This document shows positions 35,240 through 50,451 of a DNA stretch of 64,000 nt, piece by piece. This DNA comes from Octopus sinensis (lineage: Eukaryota), in assembly GCF_006345805.1 (NCBI RefSeq), contig NC_043000.1, forward strand, positions 65,782,001-65,846,000, read 5' to 3'. The stretch's first letter is position 1. Each line of letters starts with the position of its first letter. The translations under genes and the position numbers were made by a program. Below the pieces are notes generated by a model that was given only the letters and a program-made list of their open reading frames with translations, ran no database searches and was not told the DNA's origin.

Positions 35240-36379
35240 GTGACCATCCCGTGTTTTACATATCTGCTGAAAAGACAGGACCATATTATTTAAAGAGTTA
35301 TTTTCTAAGACAGTAGAGTGTGATTTCGTGGAGAAAAGATTTGACTGATATTTTTAGATCGGTCAAGAAGCGGTTCTCATCCTGGACTGTACTTGTTCTG
35401 TGGTTGTATGCTTTAAACAATTTGAAGCGAAAATGTGAAAAACTAAACGTGATGCGAACCAATTAATGCTAAATATAGATTTACAGTTTACTTCCCTGTA
35501 GCAGTTTCAATATTTAAAAAAAATGCAATGATTTTAAATAATACATTTTCCTTTTTATTGAACCAGAAGAATTACAATTTGAATATTAAGTTTGCGATAC
35601 AAGTTAAACCCAGGTAGTAATTTTAAAACAACAAATCCACCAAACTAAAGAGTACGTTTTTCATAACAGAGTGCTCATGAGTAATGTCTGGCTTAGTCAC
35701 CAATAACCACTTCCACTCTTCTAGCACACCTAAATCGTTAATCCCTTACGTATGAGATCAATCCTCTTATATTCCTCTATAACCCGTCATAAACTGAACT
35801 TTCTCTGATTTCTCCGCCTCCCATGTCATTACATCAGCACTCATGGAGAATAAAATTAGAACTTGAATTATTAAATATTTTTACGGTCATGATCATTAAA
35901 CTCGCGTTTTAATCAATCGGTGTCACAGTTTATACCCACTAATTAATTATAAAAGCTGATTCCACCTCACCCACTTATTTCTCTTTTATAACTGTGATAG
36001 ATAAAGGAACTAAGGCAACATATTTCCACGAGCTGTAACTTTAAACGGCAAAGAGCTACTTTGTAGCACGCGATCTGGTCACATCAGTAATACAACAGAA
36101 ATATATCAATGCAACGCCAGAGCTAGTTAGTCGATCGCTTGATACGTTAGAATTGTCGTCAAATCTCTGTCAAATCCTACACACCAAATTTTAAAATAAT
36201 GATACAGTAGCTACAATAAATACTTTTTTCGCTGCTTTTGCAGATTCCCATGACTCCTTCGCTATCCAATTCCATAATTATGAATTTGAATTGGGAGTTT
36301 GAGTCATAGCGAATCTTTCATTAGCTGGTTACACAACAATGGATGTCACCCCTATGGATGTGTTGCAGTTACTCTCTTG

Positions 36380-36850
36380 ATAGAGCTTGGTGATCTTCAC
36401 CGTTGATCTTCTAGAATTCCTCCGCTCAGCATCAATGTCAGAAGCACCATTGGCTCAGTTGAGCTCTTCCGCTGCTTCTTCAAAATCTGCCATGCTGCAG
36501 TCCCATGACTTCACCATATCCCTGACAGCATGGTTCAACGAGTGTTATGCCTTGCCAAAGGGTGGCCCGTAACTATACCGGGCACGGTCGTCACTCTGTG
36601 AGGTATTTTCAAGATACCCGCATACCCGACAGTAAATTCTAGATATTCTCAAAAGATTCGATAGACACATTTGGAACACATTTGATCAAAGAGCTGCTCG
36701 ATTAAGATTGAGCTAAGGCTAAACAAAAATAGAGTTAGGGAAATATGTAAGAGATTTTCCGGATTATAAGACGAATTTTTCTGACCAAAATTTACACCCC
36801 CCAAAAGGCGGGTGAACTTATACACTAAAACGATTTTAGAGGACGAAAAA
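36380..36850. mobile_element. pogo-like fragments
   Basis: ttttccggattataagacg..gggtgaacttatacac resembles pogo-type terminal sequence; adjacent minus-strand acidic peptide is only suggestive. Confidence 0.3.
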
Positions 36851-37427
36851 TTTCATGTGAAATGTATTAAGATGTGGAATGATAGTGAAGATGTTTCAAT
36901 GTTTACACTACATGTTTACACTATATATACTACGTCGACTTGTACGCAGGAAAATACGGTGTGGCGTCTTTTGGGGGGTTTACAACTACCTTTTAATTTT
37001 GTCAACAATATTTCTATAATTGAAATTAATTCTCATTAAATTATATGATTTGTCTTTCCATGCCTCTCTGCAGTTTCTGAATTCGTTATTGTTGTTCTGA
37101 TCAGCTTTTTCAATTCCAGTCCTAATTGATGTTATTCATTTATTGGTGATGTCCCTTTGCATCATTAAAGCTCATTACAAACAGCCTGCAATGTGAAATT
37201 AACAAATTTTAAATTCAATTTCCGTTGCTGTAATTGATGGTAACTTTCACCACAGTGAAAGATAGTGGGTTCTGCTAATTCCCCTCTAGGCCTTCCTTTA
37301 ATCTGTGCAGTAAAAAAACATATTTTCCAAATCCAGAGAATAAAGAAAATATTGCAAGTGAGGATAAGTTCAAGAAAAAAAAATTCACGGGAAAAATTCC
37401 CAAGAATACTTCAATTAATGTTTTTGC

Positions 37428-37757
<330 letters not shown>

Positions 37758-39078
37758 TCATTAAGATGGCAGATAATTTTAAGGCATTGAATAATACGTG
37801 ATTCTTTTTGTTTTTCACATACATGCAATCCTATTATATAGACCACGCTGTCATTGTCATTGTGTTCAAATAATATATTATTTTAATAAGCGACTTAAAA
37901 TATTTGTTTGATTACGTAATTATTTATGTTGTTTAAATGAAATGTGATATGTTTCTATGACATATTTTCAAAAACTGTGACTTTCTCTTACATTTATTTT
38001 CCCTTTTTGTCTTTATTTCCGTTCACCTTGACAAAACTAGCTGCTGTCTACAAAATAAAAAAAAAACTGTTTTGGTCTCCAGTCTTATTCATGTGTACAT
38101 ACACTCTTTAACATCATGACTAAGACATGGAGCCTTTTACATCAACGAGATCGTATTACGGAATAGCAACAATGCTATTCTCATAGGAAACTATTCATTG
38201 TTTTTGTAAATTTAACTGTTGTACTATTTTAGCTAACGATAACAATATTACTCAACCACAAATAATACACGAAACAAAATAGAATATATTATATTTTGAT
38301 GTTCGTAATAATAACAGACTTAAAATATTGGTTGAAGATACGTACCCACTTACCTTCAGTATTATTAACGCACATTTGCATTGAACACCATAATCAATAA
38401 GCAAAAAATCGATTAGCTTCGTGTAAAAGTAACAGAGAAACATAGTTCGATAGCATCTGATACACATTCATTCTGTATGGATTTTTAAATCAATACTATC
38501 TGATCTCTTGAATTTAGTAAACTTTACTCGCTAAAATGCCTATTCAAAGGCGCAAACATACGTTTGTTGGGGATGACTGGGTATTTGGATCGTTGCTTTC
38601 TTTCTAAATAAATAAAAGCTTAATTTCACACATCAGCCTTCCATTTCATTGTATCAAATTTTATTGCATTTAATCTCGTCGTTTATTCCCTGTTGACTAT
38701 GAACAAAAACAAAGAAAACAAGCAGTTAATTGTTTACACATACGTAGAAATGACCAAATGACCATTTTTGTAATTAGTTGGTGGGGGACAACAACAACAA
38801 CATCACTGCGAACTTCGATGTGATCAGCCAAACTGCTAGAAAGAGAAGTAAAGATTTCTTTCACTTCAAATCATAGCGTCTAAAAAATTAAAAGGCACGT
38901 TGGATTGATGTTTTAGGCAGACTGAACGAAATCGAGGCGTGTTTAGTCACAAAAGGGGAGCTTTTGATAAAATTCTACTCAATCCCGAGGCTGACCGGGT
39001 TCTAAACAACACCAGCAGCGGCAGCTGCAGCAGCAAGAAGAAAACAAAGAAGAAGAAGAAGAAGAGAAGAAGAAGAAG

Positions 39079-39109
<31 letters not shown>

Positions 39110-39137
39110 GTGTGTGTGTGTGTGTGTGTGTGTGTCT

Positions 39138-39183
<46 letters not shown>

Positions 39184-39186
39184 CAT

Positions 39187-39222
<36 letters not shown>

Positions 39223-39502
39223 CATTTACGGGCCAGAAAATTCCATTCATTCTTTTAAAAACGCGTTACAATGTTACAACAGGATTACTGAATAGAGGTA
39301 CACCTACACACATAAGTATATAAAAAGAAAGCCCGTACAGAAACGTTAACCAATACACACACACACACACACACACATACAGTAAAATAAGTACCAATTC
39401 AACACTGGTAATCGACTTAACCTTTCCCTTGAAACCAGTATATATTTATATTTGAGAATAATAATGTCTGTGTATGTTATCCGATGTGTACAATATTATA
39501 TA

Positions 39503-39734
39503 CCCATTACGACCGATCTTACCAATCGGTTTCGCGCTAGGGATTCAACGGAGTGTTAGGTAACAATCCTATTATGTAGCCCGGTGGTCATCAGAGGCAG
39601 CCATTATGAAATAAAATATGGCGACTGTTAGAACGGCTTCTTCTGATGAGCGCAGAGATATATAATCGGATTGTTACCTAACAATCCGTAGGATCTCTAG
39701 CGCGAAACCAATAGGTAAGATCGGCCGTAATGGA
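39503..39734. mobile_element. Foldback/MITE-like element with ~92-nt inverted arms, each containing hammerhead core motifs
   Basis: Left arm cccattacgaccgatcttaccaatcggtttcgcgctag... is the reverse complement of the right arm ...ctagcgcgaaaccaataggtaagatcggccgtaatgg; TATA on both flanks; ~48-nt spacer. Confidence 0.75.
39633..39728 (+). ncRNA. Hammerhead-like ribozyme with long stem II (predicted GUA site), weak stem I
   Basis: CTGATGA-GCGC-AGAGAT..CGGATTGTTA cc TAACAATCCG..ATCTCT a GCGC-GAAA-CC aata GG-TA; stem I has only 2 proximal pairs plus distal ACGGC/GCCGT. Confidence 0.55.
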
Positions 39735-39939
39735 TATATAATATTGTATACTTTTTTCCTGACTAATGGACTCTTAGACGACTTACGCACACGCACACAC
39801 ACACACACACATATATATGTGCGTGTGTGTGTATGTATATGCATATCTATGTTTATATACATACATACATACATACACATACATACATATATACATACAT
39901 GCATACATACATACACATATATACATACATATATATATA

Positions 39940-39990
<51 letters not shown>

Positions 39991-40272
39991 TATATACATA
40001 TATATATACATATATATATAAATTTAAAGCAATGGAACTAAAATAATATAAATATGAATATATACAAGAATACAAATATAAAAAATAAAGTGTAAGGAAA
40101 CCAGAACAGATTCCATTCAAGCCCATCTCTACGATCGTTTCAAAGGATGCTGCTTCACATCATTAATGTGCAATTAAGGAAATCCAACGGCAACACCTTT
40201 TCTTTGGGAGAAAACTTCACATTTATGGTTGTTCTTTCGCTTAACGAAATTGCCTTTATAAAATTATCCTGT

Positions 40273-40314
<42 letters not shown>

Positions 40315-40332
40315 TGTGTGTGTGTGTGTCTT

Positions 40333-40363
<31 letters not shown>

Positions 40364-40551
40364 GTGCATATAATATACATATATGTGTGTGTGTGTCTTT
40401 ATATACATTAGTATATATGTACACATACATGTATGAGTTTAGTGTGTAAATATGCCAATCTTTTTATATCCTGTACTGTGTAACCTCATCGTAACGTGTG
40501 TTTGTGCACGTATGTATGTTTGTCTGTATACATGCATAAAGGTATGTATAC

Positions 40552-40597
<46 letters not shown>

Positions 40598-40750
40598 TTA
40601 TATGTGTGTATGTTTGTATAAGTGTATATATGTATGTGTACTCATTCACACATGCACATAAACAGATAAACATATACAAACATCTAAACATAAATATATA
40701 AACATGTACACACACGTACATATATTACTATACACAGATGCACGCACTCA

Positions 40751-40795
<45 letters not shown>

Positions 40796-42641
40796 AAGAG
40801 ACTCGAAAGCCAATCAATGAGTTTAATAAAAAACAATTTTTACTTTTTTTATTTGTTCAGAATTTTCTGTCAAAAAGCGGTGTAATGATAAATAGAGTGA
40901 ATACAAAGAACAAACAAAATAAGATAGATAAATAGATAAATGGACAGGTATCTCAACCTGTTTGTCTCGGAGACATGAAAGTAAATGACTGAGATCGAGT
41001 TTAGTACAGCATGTAGTGCAGTGGCAGCATGTGGAAATTTTCCACCAATCAGATGAATCGACAAATCAACAATAAATCAGTGTTCTCTCTACGTGATGGC
41101 TGATAGAACTGATTCAATAGACAAATAATAAAGCATACTCGGGATTCATCTGACTGAATTTGATTGCTACATAATGAATATTTTTGAGTTAGATTTGAAG
41201 CAGTGTGATAAGTGAAGTCGGAAGAGATTTGGAAGTAAAATAAAATATTAAATGAATACATGGTTTTATCATTTCTGAATATTTTTCTCCAAGAGAAGTT
41301 AGCGGTGTATATGCCTTTAATTTCTCTTTCTAAAGGATCTTGTATTTCAAGGATTCAGAAAAATAACAATAAAACTGATTTTATCAAATGCATTGTGCAA
41401 GTCTTATTAGTCACAATGCGTCACATAAAACCTCAAAATATTTGTGTGTATGAGTGTGTGTGCGTGTATGAGCGTGCGTGTATGAGCGTGCGTGTATGTG
41501 TGTGTGAGAGAGAGATGGAGAGGATGTGTGTGTGTGTGTATGAACCCAATTCCACTGTTTTTTTCCAATCTTAGCCTTCATCCGGGACAGTTTTCTATTT
41601 CTCTCCAATCCCAGTTTACTCCTCTTCGTTACAAAACAGTGAAGTGGTTCTACTGGAAGGCGGCTTCCTTTGTTTCTGAGTTATCGGCTTCAGACATTGT
41701 GCCCGAGATATGTATTTCGACTATCCTTAATGCTGAAACCAACGGTACGCTAGAAACAATAGATTTTGGTTCCTACCGTTATTGTCACAGCCACTTCTTT
41801 TTAGTTGTTCGAGTTGGAAGCCTTTATGTAGCTCTTAATTCAATTGAACTTTCTGCTCTTCATCACCAGTCTAATTGCTTTCCTTTCTGTCATCAAAATG
41901 GAGTACAACTTCTTGTGATGTTTAGAGTTCATTAGTTTAATCGTACTTGTATCAGGATTCTACTCGATTATATATTCACCTTCATGGTAAGTAGCTCCAA
42001 TGCAAAGGCGGAGACAAAACAAAGACCAACATCACTACCACATCCCACGGTACCAACATGTGGGGCAGACGTGTCAAACACTAAGTCCACCTATCGCCTC
42101 GATTTTAATGATGAGGTACACGCTTCCATATGACCTACGCAGGGTTTCTTCCAGCTGTTCTTTTGTGGCCATGTGAAAGCAGATCCCTTCTAATTTGGGC
42201 AAGACGGATGGATGTCGCTTTTCCCCGTGTTCACTCCTAGATGTATTCGTCAGTCAAGAAGGCACTGCCTGTTTAACATATCTCTCCAATATCTTTTTTT
42301 CTTTTAACCAGAGTCGACCTACATCCTGTGTTTCTTTCTGATTTACTAGACTAACGAAGCTATCGTTAAAATTTTGTCTATCGCCAGTTGTGTGTGTCAA
42401 GGTGAGGGAATTTGTTTTCGAAAAATGTAACTGTTACTTTCTTTTACTGTTATTTTCTTTTACAGTTTGTCTTGGTATTTCTTTTGGTGGTGTAAATGTT
42501 GCTATCAGCTTTGTGAGACCTTCCTCCTTCGGTCACCTAAGTGGATACCATATTTACAATTATTTTTATAAAATTATCTAATGGCATAAAATCGAAAGTT
42601 TAAAGTCTTTTTCTTGTCCATATGTGTAGAAAACACACACA

Positions 42642-42689
<48 letters not shown>

Positions 42690-43012
42690 CTCGTCTCTCT
42701 CTGTAATGATTATTCACAAACACAAGAAAAATATTCAATTTGGAATAGACGACTGATCTGACATTAATAATATTGTCTCTAATATACATAGAGATTGTGT
42801 CTGAAATTTGGTGGATGGAGTTGGCCTATTAAAATCGACTTCAGGAGTTAACAAGTTCTATATTTTATCAAAGCCGAGGAATTAAACTCATAGCTAGCAT
42901 CAACAGGAATTGAACATAGAACGTAAAGAACTCTAACTAAATGCTGAAAAGCATTTTCTCCGTTGATCTAATAATTCTGTCAATCCACCACACTACACCA
43001 ACGATGATAATA

Positions 43013-43471
43013 ATTCATACTACCATAGGCTCAAGCCCAGAAATTTTTGTTTGGAGAGGGGAAACTAATCGATTATATCGATACGGTGCTCAACAGGTCC
43101 ATAGTTCATCGACCTCAAGAGGAAATTCAAAATCGACCTCGGCGGAATTTGAACTCAGAACGTAAAGACGACGAAATACCGATAGGCATTTTGTCCGGCG
43201 TGCTCACGATTCTGCCATCTTACTGCTTTAATGAATAACGACAGTGATAATAATCCTTTCTACTATAGGCACAAAGCCTGAAATTTTGTGTGGGGGGCAA
43301 GTCGATTACATCGGCCCCAGTGGGTAACTAGTACTTATTTCATCGACCCCGAAAGAAGGAAAGGCAAAGTCGACCTCGACGGAATTTGAACTCAGAACGT
43401 AAGGCCGGCCGAAATGCCGCTAAGCATTTGGCCCGTGTCTTAACGATTCTGCCAGCTCACCACATTTGGTA

Positions 43472-43541
<70 letters not shown>

Positions 43542-43753
43542 CTTTCTACTATAGGCAAGAGGACTGAAATTTTGGGGGAGGAGCGCCAGTCGATTAGATC
43601 GACCCCAGTACGCAACTTGTACTTAATTTATCGACCTTGAAAGGATAAAAGGCAATGTCAGCCTCAGCAGAATTTGAACTCAGTATGTAGCGATGGGCGA
43701 AATACCGCTAAGCATTTCATCCAGAGTGCTAACGATTCTGCCAGCTCGCCATC
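43013..43753 (-). mobile_element. Three tandem SINE family A copies (43013-43222, 43252-43462, 43540-43753)
   Basis: Each is the reverse complement of head + body + tail; copies 2 and 3 are separated by a long (AAT)n, copies 1 and 2 by a short AT-rich spacer. Confidence 0.9.
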
Positions 43754-43775
43754 TTTAATAATAATAATAATAATA

Positions 43776-43831
<56 letters not shown>

Positions 43832-44860
43832 TCTTTCTTTCTTGGCCAAAAGGGCCACGAAAACATTTAGAACAAGACAAAGAACACTGGGAATGTGAAT
43901 AAAAACATGCGAACAATAAAGCAGCAATTTGCAAAAAGATCATAACAAACTCCAGTAGGAGGAAAACATCACCCTAGGACAACGTCACACTAGGACAACC
44001 AAAGAACTTCACAGATGCCGAAGTACCTTGTTCACCGGGAATAGCATTGTAAGTTATCCTCCCTCTCTCCTTCAGTACACCTCAGCCTATAATAATGAAA
44101 ACAAATTGATGGATGAGAATATATAACAAGAACAACAGTAACAATTATTCTTTATTTACCATCAGTGCACTAAAAAAGAAAACAATAGACATCAGAGGGC
44201 AATAACAATAACCTAGAAAATATATATGAGCAAATGACGTAATCAAAATGATATTTTGAATAAATGCGGCCATGTTGTCAACAGAGTCAAGTTTCGCAGT
44301 TTGTGAACGTTTGCCTAAACTCTGACGTAAGCAGCTTAGAAGCGATAACGTCAGTCGAGAGGAAGTATCTACGTAACGTTAGAAATGATTGTCTAGCTTC
44401 AACATACAAAAAGAAGAGGAAACAGAAAAAACAACATAGAAAAACAAATATTCAAACACTATTGAATAAGTAAATAAGTGATATTTCATAGTCGTGCTTT
44501 AAATAGACCTTAGCTATGATTGGATTCTCAAAAACGTGCTAGTTGAGTTCATCTCGCTCACATCTCATTTTAGTATCACCGATTAATGTTTCATTCTGTA
44601 TATCTCTCAATTCATCTTTCAGCTCTCTCTGTCCCCCCCCCCGCCACCACTTCCTTTTTCTCCACACATTCGCTTTCACCTTATCCCCTCTCTCACTATG
44701 CCATTCTTCCTTTCTGTCATCTCTCTTTTCCATCCTTCTCGCTTCTTTTCTCCTATAAACTATACATGCTTATATTATGCATTCACTGTGTGCGCGCGCG
44801 TGTACACACGCGTACAAACACGCATATATACATACATCATACATACATACATATATACAT

Positions 44861-44915
<55 letters not shown>

Positions 44916-45939
44916 GTACGTACATATACATGCATATGTTTACACAGACACGCTGACACACACACATATATATGCATGCATGCATGTGTGTATGTATGTA
45001 TTGCATGTATGTGTATGTATTTGTATTGTGTGTATATAATGTTAATCCTTCGTATTAACAGAGGAACGAAAAGTCGACAAGATTTGTCTTATTTGAGATT
45101 AAATCTCAACACATTAAAAAAAAACAGAAAAAGCAAAAAAAGAAAACTGCTGTTTAGAAAGCAATTTTATTTTATTTATCTATTTATTTATTTATTCTTA
45201 AATATAAACAATGTTTTTTTTGTTTTTTTTTTTGAATGGGCAAATCATTAGTCATTAATATTCATTAAATTTCGGTGGTGGAACGATGAGGAGGGGGGAG
45301 TAATATAAAACAAAAGAACGACAGATGTAGTAAAATTGTAAAAACGCAAGGAAATGCAATGCAAAGGAGTTCTTTTTATTTTGTTCTGTTTTGTTTTATT
45401 TTTGTGCTTTTTTAAAAACAGGAACTCGCTTCGTTAATATTCATAATTTATTTTGTATGGTTTTCTTTGTGGTGGGCGGGAACTAAAGACACCAGATTAA
45501 TTTATGAAAATGCATTATTATTTACTGGGAATATATGTAAATATATTTCGAACAAATAGGACGTAAATACAGAAGAATAGTAACAATAACATTAAATACA
45601 AAATAAGAAAAATATAAGTCTGGTTTCTATTCTTCCCTCTTCTTAGACTGGTTTACATTCTCTACCTCCTTTGTATCTATCTAGGAAAGTTCTTTTCGTT
45701 TTCCTTCTATTTTATATTTCCTCGTTTGGCCAGCAATACTTTGTGCCTTTGCTTATATTTTATAATCGTATGTAACTCTGTTACTATAACAGGATGATAT
45801 TTTAAAATAGTTTTTTTATTGCATTCTTGACATCCGTATTTTTCGACGTTCTTAGATTTATATCAAGTTAGGTCACTTCTCGCTAACGTATAATAAAAAT
45901 AAAGCAGGGATTATTACTACGTGTGTGCGTTGCATGTGC

Positions 45940-45974
<35 letters not shown>

Positions 45975-45978
45975 GTAT

Positions 45979-46020
<42 letters not shown>

Positions 46021-46077
46021 ATACAAATGTGTTTTTTGTGCTTGAGTATGTGTTCATGCGAGCGAGTGCGTGATATT

Positions 46078-46170
46078 ATCGTTTAGCCCCAGGTCGACTG
46101 CGATCGAATAGACACCTAAGACGGGAAAGGTTGCAACTTGAAGGAGATTTGACAACTATTTCTGAGAGAC
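46078..46170 (-). repeat. Repeat family D fragment (related pieces near 36130, 46975, 48420, 48660)
   Basis: Shared motifs gaaatag..caaatctc.(c/t)caa and ctggggctaaac. Confidence 0.45.
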
Positions 46171-46269
46171 ACAGAGCGACTGCAAAGAGCTGTCTTAACT
46201 GCATCTCCTGTATGACTTCCTTTGTGTACACGCGTGCCTGCTGTGTGTGTGTGTGTGTGTGTGTGTGTG

Positions 46270-46324
<55 letters not shown>

Positions 46325-46443
46325 CGTGTGTGTGTGTGTGCGTGTGTGCGTGCGTGCGCGTGTCGTATGTGTGTGCGCGATGTTAGATGTTCTGCGTATG
46401 TTCGTGTGTGTGTGTGTGTGTGTGTGCCTGTATGTGTGTGTGT

Positions 46444-46488
<45 letters not shown>

Positions 46489-47111
46489 AAGAGAGTAAAT
46501 ATGTAGAAATTTGTATTATCCTAGCTGAAGTTAGAGCTGATAGCGGGGGGAAAGCGGATGGAGTGGGGCAATGCCCGTGACCTTCATAGGTCCTACCAGA
46601 CAAGTGAGATCGATGCGATCACGTTTAAATCACTATAAACTACAAACATAGCGTGCAAGCTTTTTTTTTTATTATCATTAACGGTATTATTATTAACGGT
46701 AACAGTGTATGTTCACTAGAAACACGCCGACAGAGCGATAATACATACAGCAATATCGCTATAATCGATACATTTGCATAAATACACTCATAGATATACC
46801 AAACACACACACACACATTTATAAATACATACGCTCACACATATGTGTGTCTATGTATATATAAATGTATGTATGTATGTATGTATGTATGTATGTATGT
46901 ATGTATGTATGTATGTATGCATGTATGTATGTATGTATGTATGTATAAACATGTATATATAGAGAGCAAAACTTGGCCGATAGACCTGCTAAAAATACCA
47001 GCCAAATCTCTCACCCAAATTACACCCAACCATGTGAAATAAAACAGCCTCTGTGGGGGGGCGGGGGTGTACGTGCGTGTACGTATGGTATCATCATCAT
47101 CATCATCATCT

Positions 47112-47260
47112 AAGACAGTGAACTGGCTGAATCGTTAGCGCATCGGACAAAATGTTTAGTGGCACTTCTTTCGGCTTTTACGTTCTGAGTTCAAATGCCG
47201 CCGAGGCCAACTTTACCTGTCATCGTTTCAGGGTCAATGGAATAAGTACCAGTCAGGTTC
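47112..47260 (+). mobile_element. SINE family A, diverged
   Basis: gaactggctgaatcgttagc..ttctgagttcaaatgccgccgagg..aataagtaccag. Confidence 0.75.
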
Positions 47261-47314
47261 CGAGGTTTTTCATTAAAAAATCGAAAAGGCACAGTTAGTT
47301 GGTGAATAGGTGAC

Positions 47315-47487
47315 ATCTTCGGCCATAGGTGTGCTTGATTAACGCTGGACTGGCGGGGTGTGGGGAGGAGAAGAGCTACAAACCATCCCCGTCACTATCG
47401 CTTTCGTGTCTAATCGAATAAGTATAGTATAATGAAGTTTATCTATCTATCTAATTATCTTTCTAATTATCAATCTACCTACCTATT

Positions 47488-47573
<86 letters not shown>

Positions 47574-47586
47574 CGGACGGACGGAC

Positions 47587-47679
<93 letters not shown>

Positions 47680-47789
47680 ACTTCATTTGACTATACTTAT
47701 TTGATTAGGACCAAAGCGATAGTGGTGGCGGTGGCTCTTGTCCCTCCCCTCCAGTTCAGCGTTGATCAAGCACACCTATGGTCTAAGAT
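47315..47789. mobile_element. Foldback MITE with ~130-bp arms enclosing (TCTA)/(GATA)/(GACA) microsatellites
   Basis: ccataggtgtgcttgattaacgctg..cactatcgcttt..aataagtatagt..aatgaagtttatctatct matches the reverse complement of the right arm. Confidence 0.8.
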
Positions 47790-48050
47790 TCCCCCCCCCC
47801 CAATACCAACACCAACTGTCTCTATTCGATCCTTTAATTAAGAAATGGTAAACGGAAAACAACACCCAATGTGTTCCTTTCTTTATTTATGTGTACGATT
47901 TAAAGTGAAAAAAAATTAACCTGCTATTTTTAACCGGTCGCCTCCTCCCTCTGCCCGCCGTGCAGAGTGTCCCCGAGCTGACAAGGGTGTTTCCCTTTCA
48001 AGAAATTGTTCGGAACCACACTATCCCTACACACACACACACATACTCGT

Positions 48051-48083
<33 letters not shown>

Positions 48084-48463
48084 ACACACACACACGTACA
48101 CACACACAGACACTTGTGTACACACACAGACACACACAGACACACACAAACATACACTTATGTATGGCGTGTAGGCCTACAATCATATGCTTGCTTTTGT
48201 TTTTATTAACGGAAGGCGGTGTCGACGAGTGGACATCTATATGTCGCAGTTAAATCTAGAAATAGAAGTCAACTCTTCCTTAACTCATGCATACAGAGTA
48301 GATCTGAAGACAATATGAGTGCAAAAAAAAAAAAAAAGAGAGAGAGAGAAAAAGAAAGAAGAAAAAGGTGAGATGGTCGTGGGTGCTGCATTCCTGATCA
48401 AACACCGTGATCAAGACTAATCTGGGGCTAAACAGCAAAATAAAGGACCAGAAATAGATAGAC

Positions 48464-48533
<70 letters not shown>

Positions 48534-48920
48534 AGGGAGAGAGGAAAAAGAGACAAAGGGAGAGTGTGTATGTGTGTGTGTGTGTGTGTGTGCGCGTGTG
48601 TGTGTGTGTGTGTGTGTGTGAGTGTGTGTGCAAGTAACCGAAGAAGTGTATACGTAGTCAATCGACCTACTAAATATAGCAGCCAGGTCTCCCTCAAATC
48701 CCACATTACTGTTTTAAAGAGATAATATTTTGGGCTGCGGTAGTGCATCATAGCTAAAAGATGGGGCGGCCATGGTCGGAACGTGTTCAATCGTGAGGTC
48801 ACAACACGATTAGGACTGAACTGGAACAAAACAACAACTACTGTGTATGCACATACCATCACTACACGTAACTGTGTATGTGTATCTGCGTACATTAGCG
48901 TGTGTGCGTTTAAAGCAGTC

Positions 48921-48966
<46 letters not shown>

Positions 48967-49111
48967 ATGAAGCAGTCCTGCTATTCCTAACGTTACACCG
49001 TCCTATTAGAGCGGTGTTTAGTTACGTTGGAAATAAATAGAAAATCATTAGGAAGCGCGCACACGCACACATACATATATTTAAATACCATATATATATA
49101 TATATGTACAA

Positions 49112-49151
<40 letters not shown>

Positions 49152-49212
49152 ATGTGTGTGCAAATACATACATACATACATACATACATACATACATACA
49201 TACATACATACA

Positions 49213-49248
<36 letters not shown>

Positions 49249-49485
49249 TATATATAGCGGGGAAGGTGATAGAAAAATATGCAGTAAAAGTTGCTATTTT
49301 AACACATTTGGACGGAGCGATATAGAGAACAATACCCGTTTGAAGGCATCCGCAATTATAATAAACGGTTACTTAATCTATCTATTTATCTATCAATCTA
49401 TCTATCTACCTATCTCCCCCTCTTTGTCTCTCTCTGTTTATCTATTTCTCTCCCCCTCTCTTTGTATTTGTATATCTATCCATCC

Positions 49486-49551
<66 letters not shown>

Positions 49552-49806
49552 ATTTATTTATATATATATATATATATCCATCTATCACGTATATATTATG
49601 CATGCGTGTATGCATGTGTGTATGTATGTGTGTGTGTGTGTGTGTGTGTTCATAATTTGAGACTGATGATTCACCCCGGCGCCACTTGTAATTTGTCAGC
49701 TAGTTGAGTTGTTCAGGTGATCGTGGCGAGAAACTCGGAGTAACGACAGAGTAAATCAACAGCTAATGAATGTATACACCCCACTATATATATATATATA
49801 TATATA

Positions 49807-49846
<40 letters not shown>

Positions 49847-50364
49847 TATTATATATATTATATGTATGTATGTATGGTATGTATGTATATATATATTATA
49901 TATATACGCGCACACATGTACATATACATGTGCAATCAATTTATGTTCCTATTTAAATAAAAATAATAAATTACAAGCGTATATGAACCTAGCATGATCA
50001 TTTTTTCAATTAGTTTCATGCAGGCAAGCGCATTCATCTACGTTCACGATACGTGTCATGCACGCATGCACGCGGGAGCTCCGTACGTAGCGAATTTAAT
50101 GTTACTGATGTTGGAAAGGTATAAATATATTCATTGATTGATAAAGATTGATTGACTGATTGATTGGTTGCTAGCCTGGCTATAAACAAACATCTAAGGC
50201 ACTATGATAGTAAAGTCAAAACAGCACGTTAACAGTGTTAGAATATGGCAAATATATCGAACTCTACGAATTCTAAACGTATATAATCTATATATTTTTA
50301 CTGCGTTTAATTTCTTCCCTAATATAAACTTGAATATATATGCAAGTGAAAGAGTATATTAATA

Positions 50365-50414
<50 letters not shown>

Positions 50415-50420
50415 ATATAA

Positions 50421-50451
<31 letters not shown>

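Noticed and set aside
41492-41935. 147-aa ORF in unique-looking sequence
   Set aside because: Starts in a microsatellite, no recognisable domain; opposite strand is full of stops.
49670-49745. CTGATGA...GAAACTCGGAGTA motif
   Set aside because: Stem II does not close properly and stem I cannot pair; chance or badly decayed.
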